DNA from: a virus
Taxonomy: Duplodnaviria; Caudoviricetes
IMG/VR virus record: IMGVR_UViG_3300035703_000098
Span: 1 to 60,162 of that record
Direction: 5' to 3' (one strand)
Length of the DNA: 60,162 nt
The notes below the pieces were generated by a model. That model had not been told where the DNA came from. It did no database searches and worked only from the letters and a program-made list of their open reading frames with translations. Position 1 is the first letter of the stretch, and every line of letters begins with the position of its first letter. Of the stretch, positions 37,409 through 48,273 are shown piece after piece. Both the position numbers and the translations under genes were made by a program.

Positions 37409-39425
37409 TCCAGATGAACTGCCATTCGTCGCCGTATCGCCGGAGATACGACACTCCTGCTGCAGTCGTCAGCACGTCGGTTCGATCCCAATCGAAGCAA
37501 TCAGTCCGATCGGGAGTCATTTCATCCGGGCAGTCGGACGGCGCGCCGGCGGCCGGCAGTGTGTCGCAGCCAATCTCGTCGCGCAGAGCCTGGATGATCT
37601 TTTGCGACCGAGTGACTCCAGTGATTTCCGCCCCCAGCCAGACCATTGTCCGACCCGCCTGAATGGATCCTTCCGCCGCCCACGGATCAGACGGAATGAA
37701 GGGTCGCACTTGTGCTTCCGCCCACTGCCATGAATGTGGGAAGAAGTCTTCGATGATGCCGCCGGACTGCAGCTGCACCGGATACTCACAGGCCGGACCG
37801 GATGCGCCCAGCAGGCTGCAGGCATCTTCCGGTGGAGGATCTTCGACGGCTTCGAGTTCCTTCGGATACAGCGTCCACTCCGACACAATCGCGCCAACAA
37901 CCTGATCCGGATCGAAGTCCGTCTGCCGGTGGAGCTGCACCAGCAGCGTGTTGACTCCGAAATTCGGCGGCAGCGACCGGACGTGAGTCGTCAGGGTTTC
38001 CGCGCACCAGACAGCACAATCGTCGAAGCCGGTCATCTCCCAATCGGCCATCCCGATCAGGTGATAATCGTGCTGCTGCTCCCGCCAGGCGACGTAGTTC
38101 GCGGCGACGGCCCGCGCGAACCGCATGTATCGATCGCCGTAAAAATTCTGGTCGATCGTGCCTGGCGGTTCCGGGCAGTCGCCGGATACCCCGTCGTGAT
38201 ACAGGTGCAGTCCCACCCAGGACGGCGTGTGAAACGTGACGGCAGTCCCCGGCAGGAAGTGCGTGACTCCGTGCGGTTCTTCGCTGATGTCTTCACGCAG
38301 CGTGCGAACGCCAGTCCCCGCCTGCAGCCGCATCCGGAAGTATGGGTCCGGCAGAAACACGCCAACGGACGGCAGGTCGTTCACGTCGGGGTTTGGATCT
38401 TCGTATTCAACCAGCTTGCGGAACGTAACATCGACGAACTGCGGATACAGAGCGGATCGGCGGAACGGTTGCCCCGCCGGAGTCAATGACGACAGGGCTG
38501 TCAGTTGAGTGAGCGCCGTCGGACCTGCCGGCGCGATGATCGGGCCGCCGGCCGTTGTGGTCGCAAGCGGCAAATTCGACGTGTGCGTCATTCCCGATCG
38601 TGTCGGGTCGATCAACAGGCAGGAGCCATCCACCCGGCGGACGAATCTCCGGCCACAGGAATGAGCCAGAGCGTCCAGCGTCATCGCCACGTTTGCCCGG
38701 GTACGGTCGAGCTCCGTCCGATCAGGGAAGAACCATTCCGTCACATCCACGTCGGGTTGAAACTCCAGCGTGACATCCCGCTGATCGTCATCCCGGTCAT
38801 CCAGCGAGGCCTGCAGCACTTCCAGCCAGCCAGCCCACGTCTCCTTTGTCGCGTTCGACCAGGCGACTCCGTTGTTCCGCTGCAGAACCGGACGGAACTG
38901 CCACCAGTACCGGACATCGACCAGCGGGAGCAGCCAGAATGTCGTGACTCCATCCACCGCGTCCCCGGATGGAATCGAGACCGGATGCGGTTCTAGCAGG
39001 AACATTCGAGTGCTCAGGACTCTCGCGCCGTTGCCGTCTGTGCTGACCTGATCGGCTTGCGGTTGTCCTTGAAACTCTCCGTCGCCGATCACAAGTTGAG
39101 CCGGCTTCCAGCCGACTCGATAGCCAGCCACGGTCTGCAGAATCAGGGTCAGGGCTTCCCGCGTCGCAATGCCGATGAACTGCGACCATCGCGCCGCGCC
39201 TGTCGGCCAGTAGAGCTGGTTGATCATCAGCCGCGGCAGTTCAGGATAGTTCGGCGTCGGAAACGGAGCGGTCGGCTCGTGACGACAGACCGGATTGTTG
39301 CGGCCGTCGTGTGCCGCCATCGGCGCGGCGAACAGCGTTCCGAAGTCGAATCCGTTCGACTCCAGAAACGCCTTCAGCGTCCCGCGCTGATCGGACAGCA
39401 GGTCAACACCAGCGAAGCGGATCAC
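37395..39425 (-). CDS. Putative baseplate hub / tail-tip protein
   Basis: 676-aa ORF coupled within the tail module. Confidence 0.6.
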   Translation of the reverse strand: MIRFAGVDLLSDQRGTLKAFLESNGFDFGTLFAAPMAAHDGRNNPVCRHEPTAPFPTPNYPELPRLMINQLYWPTGAARWSQFIGIATREALTLILQTVAGYRVGWKPAQLVIGDGEFQGQPQADQVSTDGNGARVLSTRMFLLEPHPVSIPSGDAVDGVTTFWLLPLVDVRYWWQFRPVLQRNNGVAWSNATKETWAGWLEVLQASLDDRDDDQRDVTLEFQPDVDVTEWFFPDRTELDRTRANVAMTLDALAHSCGRRFVRRVDGSCLLIDPTRSGMTHTSNLPLATTTAGGPIIAPAGPTALTQLTALSSLTPAGQPFRRSALYPQFVDVTFRKLVEYEDPNPDVNDLPSVGVFLPDPYFRMRLQAGTGVRTLREDISEEPHGVTHFLPGTAVTFHTPSWVGLHLYHDGVSGDCPEPPGTIDQNFYGDRYMRFARAVAANYVAWREQQHDYHLIGMADWEMTGFDDCAVWCAETLTTHVRSLPPNFGVNTLLVQLHRQTDFDPDQVVGAIVSEWTLYPKELEAVEDPPPEDACSLLGASGPACEYPVQLQSGGIIEDFFPHSWQWAEAQVRPFIPSDPWAAEGSIQAGRTMVWLGAEITGVTRSQKIIQALRDEIGCDTLPAAGAPSDCPDEMTPDRTDCFDWDRTDVLTTAAGVSYLRRYGDEWQFIWIDCE

Positions 39426-39646
39426 TTTGCGGTCCCGTTCGGAGTTGTCGAGGTCTCCGGAGTCGCCGCGACACGGCTGAATCCGGTGGACGTCGTCTTG
39501 CGGACTGGATTTGACGGCGGTTTCGTTCCCTCTGCGACCGGCGCGGGCGGCTGCTGCGGACCAGGATCACTCTGAGCAGTCGCTCCGGGGCTTCCGGCTG
39601 CGATTCCGTCGATGCCCGTTGTGGTTGCGGTTGTGTCTTTCGCCAC
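39422..39646 (-). CDS. Small disordered protein
   Basis: AGGAG RBS; coupled to the next gene. Confidence 0.6.
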   Translation of the reverse strand: MAKDTTATTTGIDGIAAGSPGATAQSDPGPQQPPAPVAEGTKPPSNPVRKTTSTGFSRVAATPETSTTPNGTAK

Positions 39647-39663
39647 GATGAAACTCCTTCAAA

Positions 39664-40212
39664 TCACGGATCAGGTTCTGGATCGGCGGTCAGATCCCAT
39701 TCAAACGGCAAGTTCACCAGCAGTGCCAGGTCGCCGACAGGCTGGCCCTGAATTGTTGGCCGCTCGCAATGCAGGATCTGCAGCGGCTGGATCAGCAATG
39801 ACACCGTCTGCTCATCGACGGTTGTGGTCAGGTACTGGCCGGCCAGTGCCCGGATCAGCTTGCGCTTCAAAACCCACAACCCGTAATTCGGCTCCGTCAG
39901 CACAATGCCCGGCTTACCTTTCTGCGCGAGTCGAATTGACGAATGCAGAACGATCGTGGCGGCCGTGTACTCGATGACATTGTGCTCTCCGCCGCCGTCG
40001 AATTCAGGCTCGCCGATCTGGCCATCAGTCGGACAGACCACGGCATAGACCTTGTGCTGTGCGCCCTTCGGAATCTCGAACTCTGGATCGTCTGACAGCC
40101 ACAGATTGACCGTGTTGAAGATCGGTTCGGCGTTCGCAGTGAGAACTCCGGCCCGGATCTTTGCCAGCAGTGCGTCGAACACTGCCTGATGTGTTGTTGG
40201 AGTGTTGATCAT
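39664..40212 (-). CDS. Putative tail terminator / completion protein
   Basis: Size and alpha/beta pattern; position in the tail module. Confidence 0.5.
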   Translation of the reverse strand: MINTPTTHQAVFDALLAKIRAGVLTANAEPIFNTVNLWLSDDPEFEIPKGAQHKVYAVVCPTDGQIGEPEFDGGGEHNVIEYTAATIVLHSSIRLAQKGKPGIVLTEPNYGLWVLKRKLIRALAGQYLTTTVDEQTVSLLIQPLQILHCERPTIQGQPVGDLALLVNLPFEWDLTADPEPDP

Positions 40213-43200
40213 TGAATCACCGTGTCCGGCACAGTCTCACTGCCAACCGCGTTTACCGGCAGCAGGAGCCGTTCCTGGGCGAGGTCGAATGTTCGATGCA
40301 TCCATTCGTGGAGCGTGCCCGCGCGGTTGTTCGCGACCGCCAGAGCGAATTCGTCGTTGATGCGGAAGGCGTCTCGACCGCCGAACGCCGCCACGAACGG
40401 ACCGCCGGCATACAATTCGGTCATCGCCACCATTGTGAGATGATCGACGAACAGGATCTTGCCGGACGGCATCGCCGTACTGAACCGGATGCGAAAGTAG
40501 ACCAGTGGTGGCAGCTTTGACGGCGTCCGGAAGATCGGGACGACTCCACTGATCGCGGACAGCGCCTGCCACGATGTCGTCAGGTCGGCAGCATTGACCG
40601 TGATGGCGTTCGAGTTGCCCGCGTCATCGGTGATCACGGTCCCGTTCACGCCGTCCACCAGCTCGAACTTGATGACTCCGGATGCGGAAGCAGCCGCCAG
40701 AATCAACCGGCAATCCACGGCGTAAGGCGTCGCGGCCGTCAGCGATGTGAGCCGCTTCGTGATCTGAGTGAGTTCCGACCCGTTCGATGTCAGCTTCAGC
40801 GCGTAGGCTCCGGAGTAGACCTGCGCGGTCCCCGGCACGGATTCCGCAATTGCGATTGTGCCGGAATCGTCAGACCCCTGCTGAGTTGTCGTGATCACTC
40901 CGGACGGCTGAGCATTGGCCAGAGTGCCGGCGTCTTTTGTGACCGTGATGTTGATCCCGGACAGACTTCCGCCGGCCGTGACAGTCCATGGCCCGCCGGC
41001 CGAACCGGTCACCGTGAACGTGCCGAGCGCCGTCGCATCCAGCAGGCCTTTCAGTGCGGTCGAAGTCGCCGCGTAAGAGATGTCGCCAGTTTCGACGGCT
41101 GGATTCGTCCCGTCGTTGATCGTCAGCGTGAACGCGCCGCTGATTGGAGAATTGCTCAGCGTGACTGTGAACTGCTCATCCTGATCCGGCTGACCAACCT
41201 GCGTCTGTGTGACCTTGTAGAGCAGCAGCGAATAATCGACCGACAGCATATCCACGTTGCCCATGGTAGACGGGAACGTGACATCCATCGTGTTACTGGG
41301 AAACGGACCGGCCCCGGACACGGTCACAGCCGACATGCCTGGCAGCGTCCGCAGTTTGGTTTGCGTGTCGGCAACGGCTTCGTCGAAGTCGATCGAAACC
41401 CACGAACCCAGCCGACCAAGCCGGAATGTTCCTTCCGCTGGAGTGCCGGCCACGGTGATTCGCTGCACTTCCGATGTGGATGATGTCGCGCCGTTCTGGA
41501 CAGTGTCCATATATGGTTCGCCTGATACGGCATTGAGATACTCCAGGACGGTCATGGAAAACTCAGAACCAATATTTGTGGCAGCCAGATCCCCGACGAA
41601 TTCAAACGTGTACGTTGCCGGTGCGATTTCCGTGACCGTGCAATTGCCACTCCCAAACAGCGTGTTCATTGTGGTCTGAAGTGTTGATTCTGCCCCTGAT
41701 GTGACATCTACCTCTTCGGATTCCGAGCCATTGTAAAACACTGCGGTGTACTGCAAAGGAACCCATGTGCCGGTAGCGCTTCCATTTACCACTCCAGATG
41801 AGGCATACGACCCGCCTCCGGTCAAGCTGCCAGCATTGACAGTAATCGTTGCGTAATTCTGAAACCCTGAATTAATCAGGACAAACTCAAAACCCGACGA
41901 TGCCCCCGATGTATGAGTCAGCGACAACAACGCCTGACTGCTGCTTTGCGGAATTACACCAACAGTTCCAGAACCGTAGGCCTCGTCAAAAACCCCTTGA
42001 ATCGCTTCAAGAATTGTCCACCATTTCGCATCGTAGGGAATTGCGTCCGATGTGTACGTCGTTGACGATACTGTGATAGCAACTGTAAATGTCCCTCCGG
42101 ACACAGTACCTGATCTAACAATTTTCTGTCGTTCAAAGTTGCGACCTGTCCCGACTGAATCCGTGCCAGAGCCAAATGCATCGCACCGCAGCAGCCGAAT
42201 CTCATTGCCGCCGGTCGCCCCTGCCGTCTGCTCCGATACCGCAACCGAAATGCTGCCTCCGGTCAGGCCGGATGTGTCGAGCGTCATTGCGGGGATGACT
42301 GAACCGGCCGAAGCCCCATCGAACTCGATCTCAACAGAATCGGTCCCCAGCGGACCGTCCGAAGTGGTCACTTCGTAATCGCCAGTGTCCTCGATCGCCG
42401 TTGCAATGTCGGCGGCGGACGCGTCGTGATCGAACGGCGCCGTGACCGTGTTGCCGATCCGAAGGAATGCCGTTCCGCCGGTGAAGGTGTCGATCAGCTC
42501 CAGTGTCTGGATCGAATTCGCCGCCGGACCGCCTTCGCGCACGGTGGCCAGCACCACGTCCGGAGCCGTCCGCGTCAGGCTGGCGGTGTCGATCGTCATT
42601 GCCGGCAGGTTCTGCAGACCCAACCCGTTCTGAAACTCGACCACCCACGGCCCGGACCCGGTCACACTGATTTCACCGGTGTCCACATTCGACAGCGCCA
42701 GCAGTGCTGTGCTGATCGTCGCAGACGTCGGCGGATAGCTGATGTTCCCGGTCGTCTGTGGATTGCTGCCCGTGTCGTCGAACGTCAGCGTGAAGGTGCC
42801 ACCGTCCGCGTTGCTGATCGTGATCGACTGTTTTTCATTCGATCCGCTCGCCCCGGACAGATAGTTCTTCGCGACCAGCAAGGCCACGTCGCCACCGACA
42901 CCCTTGAAGGTGACCGTGTGCGTGTAGTTCGGGCTGGTCCCGGTCGAACTGACGGTCAGCTGATTCAGTCCGTCCAGGCTCCGCAACCCGGACTGCACCT
43001 TCGAAGCCGCGCCGTCATACGTGATCGGATCGGTCGTCTGGATCTTTCCGTTTCGATCCGTGTACTGGAGCTGGTAGTAACCACCGGTCGGAGTGCCGGC
43101 GATCGTGACGGTCTGCTGCTCTGGAGTCGTCAGGCTGATCGTGGTTCCGGGAGTGCCGACCACAACAATCCAACCGGAAGGCACGTCCGCGTCGAGAGTC

Positions 43201-43850
43201 GAGACTGTGTCGAAGCCGCCATCCCGCAGCACATCAGAGCCGACAGACGTGACGGCCACAGTCGTCTGAGTTCCGGATCCGCCTGGCCAGTCCACCGACA
43301 GCAGATCGAGCTTCACGCCATCGGACACCGTCAGACTGCGACCGGTGTCATCAATTGCCTTGGCCGTCAGAGCCTCAGCCAGTGCATGCTGTTGCGTCAG
43401 GCCATCGCCGCGGATAACGGTGGCAATCACTGTTCCGTCGCCGTCGTTGTCGCCGTCTGCTGTGACCGTGATCGACACAGTGGAAGCATCAACCGATTCG
43501 CTCTCTTCGATCATCTGCCGGATCAACTCTACCAGAGCGGCGCGCGGCGTCTTCGATGTCAGCGGATGATCGGCATGCACGACTTCGACCAGATAGTTCC
43601 GCGCCACGGTCCGCAGTGCTGACAGCGCCGATGACGCGCCGGAAGTGCTCGCGGTGTCTGCCAGCAATACCTGAGCGATGATCGCATTCAGGTCGATGTC
43701 GTCGGTGACGTTCTCGAACTGCGTCAGAATGTCCGTGAGTTCCTGCCGGATCGTTGTGCGCGCGGCTGTTTGTACGGCACTCATCGCCTGAAACACGCGG
43801 CCCAGCACGTCGAACAGACCGGCCGATCCATCAGTGAGCAGTACGGTCAT
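40209..43850 (-). CDS. Repeat-containing virion fibre/adhesin protein (1213 aa)
   Basis: About six ~100-aa repeats, (N/S/D)ExQxxT...GGTFTL...I.Y...L..L...VTGxG...V.F. Confidence 0.75.
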   Translation of the reverse strand: MTVLLTDGSAGLFDVLGRVFQAMSAVQTAARTTIRQELTDILTQFENVTDDIDLNAIIAQVLLADTASTSGASSALSALRTVARNYLVEVVHADHPLTSKTPRAALVELIRQMIEESESVDASTVSITVTADGDNDGDGTVIATVIRGDGLTQQHALAEALTAKAIDDTGRSLTVSDGVKLDLLSVDWPGGSGTQTTVAVTSVGSDVLRDGGFDTVSTLDADVPSGWIVVVGTPGTTISLTTPEQQTVTIAGTPTGGYYQLQYTDRNGKIQTTDPITYDGAASKVQSGLRSLDGLNQLTVSSTGTSPNYTHTVTFKGVGGDVALLVAKNYLSGASGSNEKQSITISNADGGTFTLTFDDTGSNPQTTGNISYPPTSATISTALLALSNVDTGEISVTGSGPWVVEFQNGLGLQNLPAMTIDTASLTRTAPDVVLATVREGGPAANSIQTLELIDTFTGGTAFLRIGNTVTAPFDHDASAADIATAIEDTGDYEVTTSDGPLGTDSVEIEFDGASAGSVIPAMTLDTSGLTGGSISVAVSEQTAGATGGNEIRLLRCDAFGSGTDSVGTGRNFERQKIVRSGTVSGGTFTVAITVSSTTYTSDAIPYDAKWWTILEAIQGVFDEAYGSGTVGVIPQSSSQALLSLTHTSGASSGFEFVLINSGFQNYATITVNAGSLTGGGSYASSGVVNGSATGTWVPLQYTAVFYNGSESEEVDVTSGAESTLQTTMNTLFGSGNCTVTEIAPATYTFEFVGDLAATNIGSEFSMTVLEYLNAVSGEPYMDTVQNGATSSTSEVQRITVAGTPAEGTFRLGRLGSWVSIDFDEAVADTQTKLRTLPGMSAVTVSGAGPFPSNTMDVTFPSTMGNVDMLSVDYSLLLYKVTQTQVGQPDQDEQFTVTLSNSPISGAFTLTINDGTNPAVETGDISYAATSTALKGLLDATALGTFTVTGSAGGPWTVTAGGSLSGINITVTKDAGTLANAQPSGVITTTQQGSDDSGTIAIAESVPGTAQVYSGAYALKLTSNGSELTQITKRLTSLTAATPYAVDCRLILAAASASGVIKFELVDGVNGTVITDDAGNSNAITVNAADLTTSWQALSAISGVVPIFRTPSKLPPLVYFRIRFSTAMPSGKILFVDHLTMVAMTELYAGGPFVAAFGGRDAFRINDEFALAVANNRAGTLHEWMHRTFDLAQERLLLPVNAVGSETVPDTVIQ

Positions 43851-43852
43851 GA

Positions 43853-45682
43853 TTATGGATTCGCGTTAGAGAAGAAGTTCTGCGGGTTGGTCTTGTGAGT
43901 CGCCACCGATGCGTCCTCCCACGGGTTGAACGCGACCGGAAGCTGATCAGTGTCCTTCGGACGAGTCGTCAGCGCGTATTCGAACTCCGCGCGGACCGTG
44001 AACACTTCCTGGCCGCCGGGAGTGCGCTCCGGAGACACCGGAGTGGCCACGTTGCGCAGCAGAATCGCGCGGCCATTGCCGAACTGGTACGACGGAACCG
44101 GACGCGGAATGGATGGTTCGCGTCCGACTCGTTGACCGACGATTCGCACGATGCGCCGCCAGCCGGGCAGAGCCACGGCGCCCACAACCAGCGTTGGTGA
44201 ATCATCGGACAAGGCGAATGCCTGACCGGCGATCGGCAACGCGATCCGATGTGCGTCCTGCTGGTAGACGGACTCCGCCTGCCAATGTGTGTAGACCGCG
44301 TCGCGATGATCCTGGCCGACGTAATTCACCGGCTGCGTCGGCAGAGCTGACACGACCGCGCCGGAGAGCGCGTAATCTATGCGCGCAAACGGACTCTGCT
44401 CTTTCAATGCGTTTTCAGCACTTTCAATTCCATGCGTTGAGCCATCACAGGGCGTCTGAAGGTAGGCGTGCCATGCGGATGTCACTGGAATCGGTCCGCT
44501 GACGTAGATCGGATCGCCAGGGCGTGCGCCAACTGAAAAATTCGAGTTGTATCCGGGAACCACGGCCGCCAGATCAGCCGCAGTGATCGGCCGCCCGATC
44601 GAATTCGTCAGCGCTCCCAGCAGTGCGTTCGTCTCCATCGCGCGTTCGGCCAGGCACGAGACCTGAATCGAGTTCCCGGAGTCGCCGAAACTGTCCACGA
44701 TCGTGAATTCATGAATAACTGCCTGAGCTTGATTGCCGCCGTTATTGACGAGCTGAGACAGCTTGCTGATCTTCGCTTCGATCAGCGCCACGCCGATCCG
44801 GATCATGGCCTGTTTGTCGGCATCGCGCGGGCCTTTCAGGGTCACATCCAGCGATGACTGCACCATCCGGCTGTTACTGGTCTTTTCGACATGACGGACG
44901 TCCCAGCTTGTGGCGGGCGCTGGACAGGCGAAAGCCACTTCGCGGTCCACGATGGTGTAATCGAGGATCCGCGCGTCCTCGTTGACCGTGAACTGCATCG
45001 ACTGGCGACGGAAGCCCGGTTGCAGCCGGGGAACTACCCAGAACCGCAGCGAGTTCACGTTCACCGTGCCGTCAGCCGTTTCCATCCGGCCGTTGATCGT
45101 GCGCGTCGTGTAGTAATCCTGATCGACCACATCCACCATCGACCAGCGATTGTTGAGGATGCCGGTTGTCTGATTCGGAGCTGTTCCGGATTCGTTGCAC
45201 TCGACCAGGCAAACTTCAATCTCGAACTCCAGCCGCATCACATTGCTGCTGACAATCTGAGTGACTGCCAGAGAACGCGGATGCGGACCGTTCTTCACAT
45301 CGACATTGCTGTAGGACAGCGATGTCTTCGAGGCAACCGGATTCGCTTCCAGCATCATGGTCGTGCCGGACTTGAACTCGAACGCCTGACGCGGTTCCAT
45401 CAGTTTCGCGCGAATGATCAAGTGCTGCGTCGGCGCGTTGATCGCACTACCTGCTGGCGGTGGCAACGATGGATTCAGACCGGATGTGCGAACGCCAACT
45501 CGTGTTGTTGGCGCTGTAAAATCAAGGACGTCTGCGGATGACAGATAGCCCGTTACGCCGATCGTGTAACGATAGTAAAGCAGGTCGGTATCCGACCGAT
45601 CGTAGACCGCTTCCTGACGGAAAGTCCGGGTCAGGCAGTTCCGCAGAGTGACACCGTTGTAAGTGAGAGTTGTTTCGCTCAC
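43853..45682 (-). CDS. Putative distal tail protein
   Basis: Follows the tape-measure position gene; GTGA overlap start at 45682; beta-rich. Confidence 0.6.
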   Translation of the reverse strand: MSETTLTYNGVTLRNCLTRTFRQEAVYDRSDTDLLYYRYTIGVTGYLSSADVLDFTAPTTRVGVRTSGLNPSLPPPAGSAINAPTQHLIIRAKLMEPRQAFEFKSGTTMMLEANPVASKTSLSYSNVDVKNGPHPRSLAVTQIVSSNVMRLEFEIEVCLVECNESGTAPNQTTGILNNRWSMVDVVDQDYYTTRTINGRMETADGTVNVNSLRFWVVPRLQPGFRRQSMQFTVNEDARILDYTIVDREVAFACPAPATSWDVRHVEKTSNSRMVQSSLDVTLKGPRDADKQAMIRIGVALIEAKISKLSQLVNNGGNQAQAVIHEFTIVDSFGDSGNSIQVSCLAERAMETNALLGALTNSIGRPITAADLAAVVPGYNSNFSVGARPGDPIYVSGPIPVTSAWHAYLQTPCDGSTHGIESAENALKEQSPFARIDYALSGAVVSALPTQPVNYVGQDHRDAVYTHWQAESVYQQDAHRIALPIAGQAFALSDDSPTLVVGAVALPGWRRIVRIVGQRVGREPSIPRPVPSYQFGNGRAILLRNVATPVSPERTPGGQEVFTVRAEFEYALTTRPKDTDQLPVAFNPWEDASVATHKTNPQNFFSNANP

Positions 45683-47961
45683 GGGCGAATCTCCCACTGC
45701 GGATTGATCGGCTGCCGGAGTCCAGCGAACGGATCATTCGGTTGGGCTTTGAACGCCGCCATGACTTCCACGGGAATGCCGCCACGATCTTCTTTGCGTG
45801 TGTTCTTCTCGATCTGATCGAGAATGGCGCCGAAGCCAAGAATCTCACGGGCCGTGCTGTACATGCCGCCGAATGCTTCCGAGATTTTCGCGCCGAAGAC
45901 TGCTCCCAGGTTTGAAATCGTCTTTGAATCTCTGTCATACGGCTGCCACGCTTTTTGCGATGCAGTCGTCGCATTGACAAGCCACGCTGTTGTTCCCTGC
46001 GTCTCATTGGCCGTCTGGCGGTCCATCTGCATTCGATTCAAATCCTGTCGCGCGAAAGCCGCCGCGATGTTGCCGTTGTATTTCGCGAGATACCGATTGC
46101 CCTCGTTGATCGTCTCCGAGAATTCCTTGAACTTTCCGACCAGACCAATGGTCGCGGCACCGAGGACCCCAAGGCCCGCAGCCAGACCAGCCACTACCAG
46201 TCCGACCGGCCCTCCTGCCATCAAGCCAGCCGCCACAGTGCCACCGACCACCAGTCCGGCTACTCCACCTGCCATTCGACCTGTAGCCTGTGCTGATGGA
46301 GTGTTTCCGCCAATACTGCTCATTCCGCTCGAAACACCAGCACTGACAGTGCGTCCTGTCACATATCCGGCTGCCAGTCCGCCAAGGAGTCGTCCGCCCA
46401 TACCGCCCGGGCGCAGTCCGAACTTCCGCATGGCCTGCCGACCGGCCTGACGGCGTCCGATCGTGGCCAGCAGATTGCGGGCGATGCCGCGTTTGCCGAA
46501 CACCAGATTCCGGAAGACCGCGCGCGGGTTGAACGCTGGCTGCTTCCGCGAATCACGACGACGTCGGCGCTGGCCCGATCCAGATGGCTGAGCGGACTGG
46601 TCGGACTCCGAGCGGCTATCACCGTCCGAAACCGGCGGAATGGGAGAATCACCAATCGGCGCGGCAGCTTGCGATGGATCGATCTGTCCTGGATTCCCAG
46701 ACTGGCCGGATCGTGACTCATTCCTGCTGTCGCCGCTGTCGTCGTCACCGCCGTCCGGAGGCTCATCTCCACCGCCTGCTGGTGGACGCGGCGGGCCCGG
46801 CGGAACTGGAGGAATCTGGCCGCCGCTGCCTGCTGACGATGGCTGAGCCGCCGCCGATGGTGACGATGTCGCAGACTGCTGTTGCTTCTGCGGATCCTGC
46901 TGATGGCGTTGAAGCAGCGAGTTCAAGACTTTGACCGTGTCGGTCTTGTTCCCCCCAGCGTCATAAATCGCCGCGATGTCGTCACGGTCGCGAATCAGTC
47001 CACGAGAGGCCGCCAGATCAACAGCCTGCTCAAAGACAGGAGGCTTGCCACCGGCGATGTTTGCGGACTTCCCGGCCTGCACTCGATTCCAGACCGAGTC
47101 GATCAGGCCGTCCCGCATGCCTTTGGCCATCCCGGCGCCCATGCTCGCAAGGCCGGTTTTGTCGCCGTTTGTGCCGTCCGTCCTGCTTTCGACCAGCGGA
47201 GCGGCAACCAGAGTTTTCGCCACTGGCTCTGCCGGCTCTTCCGTCGCCTGCAGCGAGGCCATCGCCTGAGGGTAATACCGGCCAAGCAACTGTTGAGCTT
47301 CGTCCGGACTGAGCGCCACTGCATTTGCCGGACTCGCCTTGCTCTGACGAGTTGCTGACCGGGAAGACGGGACACGGCCGGGCTTGCCCACCGAAGGCGA
47401 CAGTGGAGGCAAAGCACCGGCCGGCCCGGTTGATTGTGATGCGGATGATTGCGGATGCGGAACCGAGGACTGCGATTCAACCGGATTGACCGCCGCCTGC
47501 AACGTCGCCGCGGACATGATCAGATCCGGCCGCAAACCCATCAGCGACTGAATCAGTTCGGCGCGTTGTGCCGGGTCCGGAAACAGTTCCGGGCTGATGA
47601 TCGCTGCGACTTCCCGCATCTCCTTTGGCACTGTCGATGCGGCTGCGGACGATGGATTCAGTGCCTGCTGAATGGCCCGCGCCGCATCCGGTACGCCGGC
47701 CTGCTGCATGATCTGCGCGGAAATCTCTGGCCCGATCGAATCCAGCAGAGACCTCACGACGCGGGACATGCGAGGCCGCGCGGCCGGCTGCGTCGGACCA
47801 GATCGATCGACGGGCATCGCTCCCGTCTCGCCGGAAGTCTCAGCGGCCAGAAACTGCGACAGCCAGTCCGCCAGGCGAGTCAACGGCAACGCGGACAGAA
47901 TTGACCGCCACGGCCATGCCGCGCCGCCGATTCCTCCCTGCATTGGGGTTCCAGTCGCCAT
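45679..47961 (-). CDS. Tape-measure-position protein
   Basis: Directly after the frameshifted chaperone; Gly/Ala-rich hydrophobic helices near the C-terminus. Confidence 0.55.
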   Translation of the reverse strand: MATGTPMQGGIGGAAWPWRSILSALPLTRLADWLSQFLAAETSGETGAMPVDRSGPTQPAARPRMSRVVRSLLDSIGPEISAQIMQQAGVPDAARAIQQALNPSSAAASTVPKEMREVAAIISPELFPDPAQRAELIQSLMGLRPDLIMSAATLQAAVNPVESQSSVPHPQSSASQSTGPAGALPPLSPSVGKPGRVPSSRSATRQSKASPANAVALSPDEAQQLLGRYYPQAMASLQATEEPAEPVAKTLVAAPLVESRTDGTNGDKTGLASMGAGMAKGMRDGLIDSVWNRVQAGKSANIAGGKPPVFEQAVDLAASRGLIRDRDDIAAIYDAGGNKTDTVKVLNSLLQRHQQDPQKQQQSATSSPSAAAQPSSAGSGGQIPPVPPGPPRPPAGGGDEPPDGGDDDSGDSRNESRSGQSGNPGQIDPSQAAAPIGDSPIPPVSDGDSRSESDQSAQPSGSGQRRRRRDSRKQPAFNPRAVFRNLVFGKRGIARNLLATIGRRQAGRQAMRKFGLRPGGMGGRLLGGLAAGYVTGRTVSAGVSSGMSSIGGNTPSAQATGRMAGGVAGLVVGGTVAAGLMAGGPVGLVVAGLAAGLGVLGAATIGLVGKFKEFSETINEGNRYLAKYNGNIAAAFARQDLNRMQMDRQTANETQGTTAWLVNATTASQKAWQPYDRDSKTISNLGAVFGAKISEAFGGMYSTAREILGFGAILDQIEKNTRKEDRGGIPVEVMAAFKAQPNDPFAGLRQPINPQWEIRP

Positions 47962-47975
47962 TGTTCTCACTCACC

Positions 47976-48273
47976 TCACTGGCCGAGCAGTTCACGCCTC
48001 TGTCGCTGCAATTCGAGATTCGCCTGATGCCGCTCCCACTGGTCCTGCGCCTGCCATTCACCGTCAGCCACCGCGTCAAACATCTCCCGCGGCACTTCTC
48101 CGGACAGTGCCGTATGAATCGCAGTCATGACGGGCACGGCTCCGCGATACTGCTGGCGTTCGAGGTTGAGCCAGAGTCCGAATCGGAATTCGGGATCGGA
48201 TCGCTCGTGCTGGGGGATGGCTCCTGCGCCGTATTGAGCAGCGAGGTCAGCAGCAGGTTGCCACTTTTTTTTT
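47976..48273 (-). CDS. Tail assembly chaperone, -1 frameshift extension (gpGT-like)
   Basis: The -1 frame is open from the A9 run: KKKWQPAAD...RELLGQ. Confidence 0.75.
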
